64,000 nucleotides of DNA from the NCBI GenBank assembly GCA_947632595.1, contig CANRPY010000002.1:23951-87950 (forward strand), given 5' to 3'. The position numbers were made by a program, and so were the translations under genes. The first letter of the stretch is position 1. The number at the start of each line of letters is the position of its first letter. Below are positions 1-8,901 of this stretch, piece after piece. The notes under the pieces are model-generated. The model was not told where the DNA came from and ran no database searches. It was given only the letters and a program-made list of their open reading frames with translations. The DNA comes from an uncultured Bacilli bacterium. Its GTDB lineage: Bacteria; Bacillota_I; Bacilli_A; RF39; UBA660.

Positions 1-144
1 TGGAGCAAAAACAAAGGAAGAAAGGCACTTTTATTTGCAGTTATCTATTAAAAATAATTATTCTAAAAGAGATGAAGTTTTTAATTAAAAATGATTTAGA
101 ATAAAAATAAAATATAGTGGGAGTAGCAACACGTTTCTTTCTTG

Positions 145-178
145 TAAAAAATAAACGTCGCATTTTTAGTGCGACGAT
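145..178 (-). terminator. Rho-independent terminator ending the tRNA-Cys/tRNA-Gly transcript
   Basis: Minus-strand hairpin, 7-bp stem CGTCGCA/TGCGACG, followed by UUUAUUUUUU. Confidence 0.6.
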
Positions 179-187
179 TTTATCTTT

Positions 188-262
188 TGGAGCGAACGAG
201 GGGAATTGAACCCCCATCACAGCCTTGGCAAGGCCGTATTCTAACCATTGAACCACGTTCGC
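188..262 (-). tRNA. tRNA-Gly (anticodon GCC)
   Basis: Reverse complement reads GCGAACGTGGTTCAATGGTTAGAATACGGCCTTGCCAAGGCTG...TTCAATTCCCCTCGTTCGCTCCA. Acceptor stem GCGAACG/CGTTCGC, anticodon loop TTGCCAA, T-arm GGTTCAATTCC, encoded CCA. Confidence 0.9.
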
Positions 263-271
263 ATAAAAAAA

Positions 272-345
272 TGGAGGGGCCTACCGGATTTGAACCGGTG
301 ATCAGGGTGTTGCAGACCCACGCCTTACCACTTGGCTAAAGCCCC
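272..345 (-). tRNA. tRNA-Cys (anticodon GCA)
   Basis: Reverse complement reads GGGGCTTTAGCCAAGTGGTAAGGCGTGGGTCTGCAACACCC...GGTTCAAATCCGGTAGGCCCCTCCA. Matches the Bacillus-type tRNA-Cys D-arm AGCCAAGTGGTAAGGC, anticodon loop CTGCAAC, encoded CCA. Confidence 0.85.
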
Positions 346-359
346 ATCTCATGTACTTT

Positions 360-388
360 ATTATAACAATAATCAGTAGAAAATACAA
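360..388 (-). promoter_or_regulatory. SigA-type promoter for the tRNA-Cys/tRNA-Gly operon
   Basis: Minus strand TTGTAT-17nt-TATAAT, placed ~15 nt upstream of the tRNA-Cys 5' end. Confidence 0.55.
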
Positions 389-415
389 CTAAATTCTATA
401 AAAAAAGAAGTATTT

Positions 416-1624
416 CTACTTCCATAAATAATATATATTCTTTGCATTATATTTTAATTCGTTATATTCTAATAAAACCTTTATTCCTTCTTTTTCATCA
501 AATAAATATAATTGATTTTCTATACGAAATAAGATCTTATCTCCTACTAGATTCCATTCCTCTACGTTTTCTTTTTCCATTAATTTTACTTTGTTTTTAC
601 CTGGTATTTGTCTATAAAAAGTATTTTCTTCTTTAAAATAATAAATATTATTTTCTTTTACTAAGTCTTTTGATTTGGTAATTTTTTTATTCAAAATTCT
701 TTCATTTTCAAAATACTCATCTTTTTCAAAGAAATCCGTTATGGATAATACTTGTTTCTTATGATCTGTAAATTTAATATAGCCTTCTTCTGTACTCACT
801 TCTTTTAACTCTTCTTTTTTTACATTTAATGTATACTGTTTCTTTGCTTTTCTATCGGTAATATAGACTAAATCATCTTCTACTCCATTGATGTATGAGT
901 CTTTTGAGATTCTGTTTTCTAATGTAATTTGGTTTACTTTCTCTTTCTTTTTATCATACGCATATATTTTTTGAATTCCTTCTACTGGAGTATTTTCTAA
1001 TAAAACAAAATATCTAGATGTTAGGGTTGCTTCTATATTGTCATATAAATCATGATTTAGTATTTTTACTTCTTTTAATTCTTTTTGACTTAAGAGATTA
1101 ATTCCTTTATAGTTCCATATGATTAAAGAGAAATATTCGGGGATATTTGCTTGATATACCTTCATGTTTTTATAATTTTTGGTTTTCCTGTCTTCTTCCT
1201 CTATTGTTATTTTTGCTTTCTTTAGTATTTTTTGAAAGTCTTTGTCTTCTTTTAAAACTTCTTTTGATACTTGGAGATTGTCTTTTGTACAATAGATTTC
1301 TTTTTCTTTTTGATTTATTACTGTGGGAACGATACAAGTAATCTTTTTTTCTTGATAGGTCTTGATTGATTTTACTATTTTTTTTCTTTTATTTACTTTA
1401 TTTTCTATTTGGAAGGAGTATTCTTGTTTTCCTTTTTGAATATCTAATGTATAAATATGTTTTTTATCTTTGATTTCAAAGGTTTCTTCTACTCTATATT
1501 TATCTTTTTCATAGGTTACTTTGTGGTGCGTAATGGTCATTTTATAAATGATGGGAATGAATAGAATTATGACAGCAACGATTAAATATATTTTATATTT
1601 TTTCATATACATCACCATCTTCAT
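416..1624 (-). CDS. Hypothetical Lys-rich membrane-anchored protein (N-terminal TM helix)
   Basis: 402-aa ORF with N-terminal hydrophobic segment IYLIVAVIILFIPIIY. No recognisable catalytic motif. Confidence 0.5.
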   Translation of the reverse strand: MKMVMYMKKYKIYLIVAVIILFIPIIYKMTITHHKVTYEKDKYRVEETFEIKDKKHIYTLDIQKGKQEYSFQIENKVNKRKKIVKSIKTYQEKKITCIVPTVINQKEKEIYCTKDNLQVSKEVLKEDKDFQKILKKAKITIEEEDRKTKNYKNMKVYQANIPEYFSLIIWNYKGINLLSQKELKEVKILNHDLYDNIEATLTSRYFVLLENTPVEGIQKIYAYDKKKEKVNQITLENRISKDSYINGVEDDLVYITDRKAKKQYTLNVKKEELKEVSTEEGYIKFTDHKKQVLSITDFFEKDEYFENERILNKKITKSKDLVKENNIYYFKEENTFYRQIPGKNKVKLMEKENVEEWNLVGDKILFRIENQLYLFDEKEGIKVLLEYNELKYNAKNIYYLWK

Positions 1625-1641
1625 TATAACAAAGAAAAAGA

Positions 1642-2097
1642 CTATTCACTAGTCTTTTCCTCTGCTCTTGTTCCATATTTTTTCTTTTCTTCCATCATGT
1701 AACTTGTAATTTGTGTTTCTATTTCTGTTAAAGCATCGTTACTGATGTTAGAAAGGGTTACGAATTCTTTTATGGTATCAATATATACTTTTCCCCAAAT
1801 AATTCCACTGGTAATTTTTAAGTCATTATACATATCTGGTGTAATGGAGTTTAAAAAGTAACCAAATACGACTCTTTTTCTTCCAATTAAGATTCTTTTA
1901 TTGGTTAGAGCAATTACTGCACTTCCAAATATATTAAATGGATTATCATTTTTTTGGGCAATAAAGGCATAGATTACTTTTTCATCGGGGTTTAGATGTC
2001 TTTCTACTACTGAAGAATTTGCTTTGATTCTCCAACCTATTGTCATTGGATATTTTATTTTAAATTCTAATACTCTTTTATATACTGAGTTTTCCAT
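1642..2097 (-). CDS. Bacterial PH-domain (YokE-like) protein
   Basis: 151 aa. The pattern LNPDEKVIY...ALTNKRILIG...GIIWGKVYI resembles bacterial pleckstrin-homology domain proteins. Confidence 0.4.
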   Translation of the reverse strand: MENSVYKRVLEFKIKYPMTIGWRIKANSSVVERHLNPDEKVIYAFIAQKNDNPFNIFGSAVIALTNKRILIGRKRVVFGYFLNSITPDMYNDLKITSGIIWGKVYIDTIKEFVTLSNISNDALTEIETQITSYMMEEKKKYGTRAEEKTSE

Positions 2098-2112
2098 AAG
2101 AATCCTCCCTTT

Positions 2113-2631
2113 TTATTGTATAAAACCATATGCAGTTAAAAATTCAACATAATGTTCTGTATCTACCAATCCATCGATTAGGTCTACTATTTGATTCTCT
2201 TTCACAATCATTAATAGTGGTGTTCCAAAACCTTCAGAGAATTGTTCATCTGATTTAATAAATTGTGTTTGTGTCTCATCTGTAAATTCATCTGTATCAA
2301 GATAATTAATTTCAATATTATATTGATAAGCTAAATTTTTAAGAATTGGATCTGCAATTTGGCAATATGGACAGCCTTTTCTTCCTACTAGGATTAGTTT
2401 TTGTTCACTTCCTGCATAGTACTCTAGATATTTTGCTACATCGATTTTGGTATGCTCTTTCATTTCTGTTTCTTTTACAGCTTTGCTTTCTTTCTGAGCA
2501 TTTTCTAAGATTGCATTAGGATCAGAAGAAGAGGTTTCTCCTCCTGTTTTTGTTCCTACAAAGAAGGACGCAACGATCAAGACAATCACTAATACGATAG
2601 CAGCAACAAATAATATTGTATTCTTTTTCAT
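2113..2631 (-). CDS. Membrane-anchored thioredoxin-like thiol-disulfide oxidoreductase
   Basis: N-terminal TM helix plus a GCPYCQ (CxxC) thioredoxin-fold motif. Confidence 0.6.
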   Translation of the reverse strand: MKKNTILFVAAIVLVIVLIVASFFVGTKTGGETSSSDPNAILENAQKESKAVKETEMKEHTKIDVAKYLEYYAGSEQKLILVGRKGCPYCQIADPILKNLAYQYNIEINYLDTDEFTDETQTQFIKSDEQFSEGFGTPLLMIVKENQIVDLIDGLVDTEHYVEFLTAYGFIQ

Positions 2632-2681
2632 AACTTTCTCCTTTCTTTCAATATATAAAATTGTCTTTTCTGTGTCAACAT

Positions 2682-4280
2682 TTATTTTTCAATTCGATCA
2701 ATATATTCTTCATATGGAATTTGACGATCGATAATGGTTCCATCTTCTTGAATTTCGATTACTCGATTGGCAACTGTACTATTTAATTCATAGTCACGGG
2801 TTGTAAAGATGATTTCTCCTTGGAAATTACATAACCCTTTATTTAGAGATGTAATACTTTCCAAATCTAAGTGATTGGTTGGTTCATCTAAGATTAAGAA
2901 GTTTGGTTCTTCTAACATCATTTTGGATAACATACATCTTGCTTTTTCTCCTCCGGATAAGACATTTACTTTTTTGAAAACATCGTCTCCTGAGAATAAC
3001 ATTCTTCCTAAGAAACCTCTTAGGACTGTCTCATCTTTAATATCATAGAAATTACCAATCCATTCCATAATATTTTTTTCACTTTGGAAATACTCTGTAT
3101 TATCTTGTGGTAAATAGCCAGGATTCATGGTTTTGCCCCACTCTATGGTTCCTTTATCATATTTTTCTTTTCCTATTAAAATATTAAATAGTGTTGTTTT
3201 TACCATGTCGTCTTTTGCAAGAATACAAATCTTATCTCCTTTTAATACCGTGAAAGATACTTTATCTAATACTTTTTTACCATCTACTATTTTGGTTAAG
3301 TTTTCTACTTTTAAGATTTCTTTTCCTGCTGGCTTTTCTATTTTAAAATCAATATATGGATATTTTCTACTACTTGGTATAATTTCATCTAATTCTATTT
3401 TTTCTAACATTTTCTTTCTAGAAGTTGCTTGTTTAGACTTAGAGGCATTGGCAGAGAATCTTGCGATAAATGCTTGTAATTCTTTTATTTTCTCTTCTTT
3501 TTTCTTATTAGATTCTTTCATTTGTCTTTGTAATAATTCACTTGATTCATACCAGAAATCATAGTTTCCAATGTATAATTTAATTTTTGAATAATCAATA
3601 TCACATATATGTGTACATACTTTATTTAAGAAATGTCTATCGTGTGAAACAATGATTACGGTGTTATTAAAGTTAATTAGGAATTCTTCTAACCAACGAA
3701 TGGCTTCTAAGTCTAAGGAGTTTGTTGGTTCATCTAAAAGTAAGATATCTGGATTTCCAAATAAACTTTGAGCAAGGAGTACTTTAACTCTTAATTTTAC
3801 AGGAATTTCTTTCATCAACATATAGTGATTTTCTTCTGGAACTCCTAGGTTATTTAGTAATTGTGCTGCATCTGGTTCTGCATTCCAACCATCTAGTTCC
3901 ATGAATTCTGCTTCTAGGTTTGCAAGTTTCATACCATCTTCTTCAGAAAATTCTGTTTGTTGATACATCTTATCTTTTTCTTCCATGATTTCGTATAATT
4001 TGCTGTTCCCCATAATGACAACATCAATCACTCTTTTTTCTTCAAATTGATAGTGGTCTTGTTTTAAGAAAGAGATTCTTTCTCCTTTGGATACGGTAAT
4101 TTCTCCTGTTGTTGTTTCTAATTCTCCACTTAATAGTTTTAAGAAAGTAGATTTTCCAGAACCATTTGCTCCAATTAGTCCATAACAGTTTCCATTTGTA
4201 AATTTTAAATTTACATCTTCAAATAAGGTTCTCTTTCCAAATTTCAAACTTACATTGTTTACTTGTATCATTTGCTTCAC
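2682..4280 (-). CDS. ABC-F family ATPase (two NBDs, no TMD). NBD1 signature and NBD2 Walker A/H-loop are degenerate
   Basis: NBD1 Walker A GANGSGKST. NBD2 signature LSGGEKARC and Walker B LILDEPTNHLD. Inter-domain linker of ~70 aa. 532 aa. Confidence 0.8.
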   Translation of the reverse strand: MKQMIQVNNVSLKFGKRTLFEDVNLKFTNGNCYGLIGANGSGKSTFLKLLSGELETTTGEITVSKGERISFLKQDHYQFEEKRVIDVVIMGNSKLYEIMEEKDKMYQQTEFSEEDGMKLANLEAEFMELDGWNAEPDAAQLLNNLGVPEENHYMLMKEIPVKLRVKVLLAQSLFGNPDILLLDEPTNSLDLEAIRWLEEFLINFNNTVIIVSHDRHFLNKVCTHICDIDYSKIKLYIGNYDFWYESSELLQRQMKESNKKKEEKIKELQAFIARFSANASKSKQATSRKKMLEKIELDEIIPSSRKYPYIDFKIEKPAGKEILKVENLTKIVDGKKVLDKVSFTVLKGDKICILAKDDMVKTTLFNILIGKEKYDKGTIEWGKTMNPGYLPQDNTEYFQSEKNIMEWIGNFYDIKDETVLRGFLGRMLFSGDDVFKKVNVLSGGEKARCMLSKMMLEEPNFLILDEPTNHLDLESITSLNKGLCNFQGEIIFTTRDYELNSTVANRVIEIQEDGTIIDRQIPYEEYIDRIEK

Positions 4281-4334
4281 CTCGAAATCTCTTATATTTT
4301 ACACTATATTTTAGAAAATGACAAGGTTCCTAGA

Positions 4335-4364
4335 AAAAGAAAGATAGATACTTTTTGATCTATC
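4335..4364 (-). terminator. Intrinsic terminator downstream of the 4365-5036 gene
   Basis: Hairpin AGATAGAT...ATCTATCT followed by a U-run on the minus strand. Confidence 0.5.
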
Positions 4365-5036
4365 TTATCCAATCTTTTTGACTAGCGTTTTTATAGAATC
4401 TTGTCCTTTTAATAATTGTTTCATATAACTACTACTGGACTCATCATTATCTTTTAATCTTAGGATTTCTCTCATTTTATTTATGGTTTCTGATTGTTCA
4501 TTGGATTTATGCATATCTTTTATGATGAGTTCTGTTATTAATAAGTGAAGTTGATAGGCATTTAGTTTGTGTAGTTCTTCTCTTCCTACCTGTTCTAGGA
4601 TACTATAATCTGCTGGATTTACTACATAGAGTTCTCCATTATATAGAGTGTATCCTGGTATTAAGTTATTTAATAAGACTTTTTTATCACTTACTGTTTC
4701 AACGTCTTTTTCTAATTCTCGAATACTATCTATTACTTCTATACTTGGAGTAGTGATCAATCTTTTTCCTGCTCCTTTATTGGATACTAGTTTCATTGTA
4801 TATCCTTTAAAGGCATTATTATAAAATAAGAGATGTTTTGGTAATAAGATTCTACCAGTAGAAATTTCTGTTAAGTATTCTGCTGTTTCAAGGGGCATTC
4901 CTACTTCTTGTTCTTTAAAGACTCTAAGTGCACAATTCTTATAACGATAGGTATCTCCTACTTTCATTCCTGGTGCAAACTTCAATCTTTTTAGTTTTGC
5001 CAGGTCTACTGGCCTATTATCTATTCGATATCCCAT
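4365..5036 (-). CDS. Hypothetical protein
   Basis: 223-aa ORF with no confident motif. Weak kinase-like beta3 pattern ALRVFK. Confidence 0.4.
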   Translation of the reverse strand: MGYRIDNRPVDLAKLKRLKFAPGMKVGDTYRYKNCALRVFKEQEVGMPLETAEYLTEISTGRILLPKHLLFYNNAFKGYTMKLVSNKGAGKRLITTPSIEVIDSIRELEKDVETVSDKKVLLNNLIPGYTLYNGELYVVNPADYSILEQVGREELHKLNAYQLHLLITELIIKDMHKSNEQSETINKMREILRLKDNDESSSSYMKQLLKGQDSIKTLVKKIG

Positions 5037-5059
5037 ATTTCTTCATCCTACCCTCGCTT

Positions 5060-5647
5060 TTATTTTCTATAAAAGTTCGAAATAAATTTTGCAAATTCAT
5101 ATAAGATGATAGAACTCTTATTTATGGCGAAACTTTTTCCCATTGCTTTTCCACCGATTGTTAATGATGCAATGACTGCAGCTACTACAAGACCTGTTAT
5201 GAATATATTCCAATGATAGGTCGTTGATAAGATTGCTGTGATGGTTGTTCCTGCAGCACCGGAAATAATTCCGCAAATATCTCCAATGACATCGCAACAG
5301 AAACTAGATACTTTATCGGCATTCTTTTTAAATTTTACAGCAACACTTGCTCCTTTTACTTTTCTTGAATTCATAGAATGGAAAATCGATTCTTCTGCTG
5401 TTGTTACGGATACTCCTATAATATCAAATAAAATACCTAGGACAATAAATAATAAAGTTACTATAATTCCTAACCATAATGGAAAATTCGGAATGGTCAT
5501 TTGTGATACAAAAGATAAGGAGAAAGAGATGGCAAAAGATATGATAACAATTGTTAGAATCCATTTCCAATTCACATGTTCTTTCTTTATCTTTTCTTTC
5601 TTTTTGGTTACTTCAATTAAATTTTTTAATTCATTATTTTTTTTCAT
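5060..5647 (-). CDS. Small 4-TM membrane protein; candidate OapA-like partner of the upstream large ncRNA
   Basis: 195 aa with four predicted TM helices (WILTIVIISFAISF, LWLGIIVTLLFIVLGILF, FCCDVIGDICGIISGAAG, IFITGLVVAAVIASLTIG). RBS GAGGGAAAA before the ATG. Lies 30 nt after the ncRNA terminator. Confidence 0.6.
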   Translation of the reverse strand: MKKNNELKNLIEVTKKKEKIKKEHVNWKWILTIVIISFAISFSLSFVSQMTIPNFPLWLGIIVTLLFIVLGILFDIIGVSVTTAEESIFHSMNSRKVKGASVAVKFKKNADKVSSFCCDVIGDICGIISGAAGTTITAILSTTYHWNIFITGLVVAAVIASLTIGGKAMGKSFAINKSSIILYEFAKFISNFYRK

Positions 5648-5675
5648 TTTTCCCTCACACTTTAATTATATCAAA

Positions 5676-6302
5676 AAAAAAGTAGATTCTCTACTTTTAT
5701 CCTTCTTGAAATTGTTTGGCTTTCTTTATAGTAAACTTTGAGCCTTAGGTCAAGTAGGATTTCCCTAATTCTTACAAACTCGTTACCAAGCTTGCGGTTC
5801 CCCTTTACTAGAATTAATATGGTGTTACCATCCCATACGACTTGATTACCACTTAGTGCCCACTGCAATCCTATAATGAAATACACTCTAGGAGATTTCC
5901 TCTCCAACACTTTATCTCTAATTCTTTTTTGCAAGAATAATTTCAAAATGCAATACCTATTCATAAGTGGCCGCTTATCAATAGTTTGTTCATTTTTCCC
6001 AATATTCTCACTCAAGACAGGCTACACTGCACATAGCTTGCGCCACAATACAGGTTCATCCCTAATTCGTAACAAGTCATCAGTTGTTGTTCGTATAGAT
6101 TTGTCACAAGGTTAGGTCTCCGCGAAAGTTGGGTCGGGATCCATATGCCATTATGGGTCGCCCAAAATTCTCTCTCCAGCATCCACCCCAAACTGGGCGT
6201 AAGAAGCAGACACCAAAGGTTTCATCGATATGCCCTTTAACGACTTTTTACATTCGTCTTCCAAATAAAGTAATTGACTAGAATAATGTGCCATCAATTA
6301 CG
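5676..6302 (-). ncRNA. Large (~620 nt) GC-enriched structured non-coding RNA of unassigned family; OLE-like RNA is one candidate
   Basis: Bounded by a consensus SigA promoter and a U9 intrinsic terminator. Local GC ~40-50% against a ~28% background. Contains many short self-complementary segments, e.g. CGCCCA...TGGGCG and GGAGA-ggaaa-TCTCC. The only ORF inside uses a TTG start, has no RBS and uses rare CGG/AGG codons. Confidence 0.55.
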
Positions 6303-6308
6303 TGTTAC

Positions 6309-6337
6309 ATTATAACATATTTTTAAAAATATGTCAA
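6309..6337 (-). promoter_or_regulatory. Consensus SigA promoter driving the large ncRNA
   Basis: Minus strand TTGACA-17nt-TATAAT, a perfect consensus, directly after the histidine kinase stop codon. Confidence 0.7.
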
Positions 6338-6347
6338 ATGTGTAAAG

Positions 6348-8834
6348 CTACTTTTCTCTTCCTAAGAATTTTCTTAGGATATCCATCATTTGTTTTGTAA
6401 GTTCTATTAATTCATCAAAAGATGATTTAATTTCTTCTACGTTTTCTTCTTTACTTGCTAATTCATGTTTATAAGCAAGATCTGCAAGCTTCATCATACC
6501 CATGTATTTTGCATCACTTTTTAGAGCATGTGCTACTACACAGTAATTTTTCATATCATTTGCTTCTAGATATTTCTTTAAGTCTGCCATTTTATTATCA
6601 GAGTCATCTAATACATCTACTGCTGTATCTGCATAAATATCCATATCCATTAATGTCTCTAATGCTTTATTAATATCTAATCCAAAAGATTCTAGGTATT
6701 CTCTACTATGAACAGGATTTCCTTGGAAAGATGATGTGATTTCTTCTTGTTTTTCTTCCACAACTTCTTCCTCTATTTTCTTTTCTTCCACAGGTTCTGT
6801 GGATTTTTCCTGTGGTTCATTATCCCAATCCAATTCTTCGATTTCTTCTTGTTTTTCTGCTACTTGTTGAGGCATTGTTTCCGGTGTTGTTTCTGGAACG
6901 GTTACTGGAGTTGTTTCTGGTTTTAGTGGTTCTCCATTTCCAGATGTTTCTATTGGTGCAGGAGGAATTGTTGTGTTTTTCTTATTTCCTAAGAATTTTA
7001 CTAATAGTTCATCTAATAAAATCTTATCAATTGGTTTAGATAGATAATCATCAAATCCACATTCCATATATTTTTCTTTCATACCTGAAATTGCATTTGC
7101 GGTTAAGGCTATTGTTGGTACGTGGAATCCTACAATATCTTTTAAGTGTTTAATGGTTTCTACTCCTGTCATACCAGGCATTTGATCATCTAGTAAGATT
7201 AAATCATAATGACGTCCACTTGCTATTTTATCAATACATTCTTTACCACTTGTTGCGAAATCTAGTTCTAATTGATAATTCTTTAAGAATCTGCTTGCTA
7301 CTTTTAAGTTAACATTATTATCATCTACAACTAATATTTTTTCTCCTTGTCCTGTAAACGTTCCTCTTGCAACTAATGGATCAATTTGTTCAATATCTTC
7401 TGCTGTTTTATGAACAATTTTTTGTTTTAGTTTAATTGTAAATGTAGATCCTACTCCATATTTACTTTCTACTTTAATTTCTCCACCCATTAAATCGACA
7501 AGATTCTTTGTTAAGGCAAGTCCTAGACCAGTTCCTTCAATATTTACATTTTGTTTCATATCTAATCTTGAGAATTTAGAGAATAGTTTCTTTAAGTCTT
7601 CTTCTTTAATACCGATACCAGAGTCACTTACAGATACTACTAAGTAACCAACTTCATCATCTATTTTCTCATAGTTCATGGCTAGTTTTACGTATCCTTC
7701 TTTGGTATATTTTACTGAGTTTGTTAATAAGTTAACGATGATTTGTTTAATTCTTACACAGTCTCCATATAAAACAGGTGGCATATTTTTATCATATTCA
7801 TGAATAAACTCTAGTTGTCTACTTCCAATTCTTCCTTCTGTCATGGTTACTAAATATTTATATACTTTATTGACTGCATATTCTACATCAATAATTTCAA
7901 ATTTTTCGGATTCAATTTTAGAGATATCTAATACTTCGTTTACGAGTTCTAGTAAGGTATCTGCTGCACTTACAATGTCTTCTACATCATCTTTTATTTG
8001 ACTATCTAGATTTTGTTCTAGTAATCCTTGGGAGAAACCTAATATTGCATTTAATGGGGTTCTTAACTCGTGTGACATACTAGATAAGAATTCTGATTTG
8101 GCGTTAGATGCTTTAATAGCGTCGTTTCTTGCGACTTTAATCTCTTCTATCATTTCTAGGTCTGGGTTTTCAATTGTAAATACTGAGAAGTACATAATAC
8201 TTATTGAATATGCTAAGGCTGCTGTTACCAGTAGGATTTGAGGATTAAATAATTGGACTAAGGCTGCAAGACCTCCAAATACAATGACTCCAACAATTGG
8301 AAATGTTTTTCTTGCTGCTAAATTTCTTACTCTTACGATTAATAAAGCAATCCATAGGAAAATACTAATTCCACAAATAATATATGCGATAGAAGTTGCT
8401 GGTCCATAGGAATACATAACATTGGTTCCTCTTGTATAAATACTTACTGGAGCTATGATAATTGCAAGAGCACATAATATGGTAATTCCTATATATATAA
8501 ATCTTGTTTTCTTATATTGGTCCAATTTTTCTTCGTTATTTAAACTATTATTGGTAATAATTACGGCATAGTTTGTATAGATAATACAGAAGATTGCTAA
8601 GGATATTAAATAGGCTTTTGCGAAAATCATGGTAAAGATGCTATCTGGTACTTGAAAAGCGGATACAATGGATGCAATATCTAGTATTACACTAAAAAAA
8701 CCTACTATAATTAAGTTTCTAAAGATATAGTTTTCTGCACTAGGCATTTTTTTCTTTACAAAAAAAATCCCTCCAATTAACACGATGTAAAATAGGGATA
8801 TTATTTGAAAAAACGTATTTGCGTATAATACCAT
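6348..8834 (-). CDS. Hybrid sensor histidine kinase (multi-TM sensor, HisKA, HATPase_c, REC, Hpt)
   Basis: H-box SHELRTPLNAILGF. G-box region GTGLGLAL. Receiver ILVVDDNNVNLKV...LDDQMPGMTG. C-terminal Hpt HALKSDAKYMGM. 828 aa with ~6 N-terminal TM helices. Confidence 0.85.
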   Translation of the reverse strand: MVLYANTFFQIISLFYIVLIGGIFFVKKKMPSAENYIFRNLIIVGFFSVILDIASIVSAFQVPDSIFTMIFAKAYLISLAIFCIIYTNYAVIITNNSLNNEEKLDQYKKTRFIYIGITILCALAIIIAPVSIYTRGTNVMYSYGPATSIAYIICGISIFLWIALLIVRVRNLAARKTFPIVGVIVFGGLAALVQLFNPQILLVTAALAYSISIMYFSVFTIENPDLEMIEEIKVARNDAIKASNAKSEFLSSMSHELRTPLNAILGFSQGLLEQNLDSQIKDDVEDIVSAADTLLELVNEVLDISKIESEKFEIIDVEYAVNKVYKYLVTMTEGRIGSRQLEFIHEYDKNMPPVLYGDCVRIKQIIVNLLTNSVKYTKEGYVKLAMNYEKIDDEVGYLVVSVSDSGIGIKEEDLKKLFSKFSRLDMKQNVNIEGTGLGLALTKNLVDLMGGEIKVESKYGVGSTFTIKLKQKIVHKTAEDIEQIDPLVARGTFTGQGEKILVVDDNNVNLKVASRFLKNYQLELDFATSGKECIDKIASGRHYDLILLDDQMPGMTGVETIKHLKDIVGFHVPTIALTANAISGMKEKYMECGFDDYLSKPIDKILLDELLVKFLGNKKNTTIPPAPIETSGNGEPLKPETTPVTVPETTPETMPQQVAEKQEEIEELDWDNEPQEKSTEPVEEKKIEEEVVEEKQEEITSSFQGNPVHSREYLESFGLDINKALETLMDMDIYADTAVDVLDDSDNKMADLKKYLEANDMKNYCVVAHALKSDAKYMGMMKLADLAYKHELASKEENVEEIKSSFDELIELTKQMMDILRKFLGREK

Positions 8835-8901
8835 ATATAACCACCCACTTCTCTATTATATGTTTATTATACACCAAGTTATTCTTTAAAGTAAATTCTT
8901 T

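Noticed and set aside
41-256. 71-aa minus-strand ORF
   Set aside because: It overlaps tRNA-Gly and the tRNA operon terminator. It is an artefact of the AT-rich sequence.
3127-3564. Antisense ORFs inside long genes (also 5238-5741, 17290-17748, 18928-19407, 30165-30617, 46850-47218)
   Set aside because: They lie opposite well-supported conserved genes. Their Leu/Phe/Ser-rich composition is typical of antisense frames in AT-rich DNA.
2682-4280. Calling the ABC-F an antibiotic-resistance (ARE) ABC-F such as Lsa/Vga/OptrA
   Set aside because: The inter-NBD linker is of normal housekeeping length (~70 aa), not extended, and no specific ARE signature is recognisable. Only a generic ABC-F call is supportable.
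5671-6015. 114-codon minus-strand ORF (MSENIGKNEQ.../MNRYCILKLF...) inside the large ncRNA
   Set aside because: It uses a TTG start, has no RBS and uses rare CGG/AGG/CGC codons. It runs through the RNA's terminator hairpin into the U-tract stop. It is more consistent with a chance ORF in a GC-elevated structured RNA.
5676-6302. Possibility that the large ncRNA is RNase P RNA, tmRNA or SRP RNA
   Set aside because: I could not find GGAAAGUCC (P4), the tRNA-like GGUUCGA...CCA 3' end or a tag-peptide frame, nor a convincing SRP domain IV. Only weak short resemblances were seen (GUAAAGGGGAACC, AAGAAGCAG). Not excluded without cmscan.
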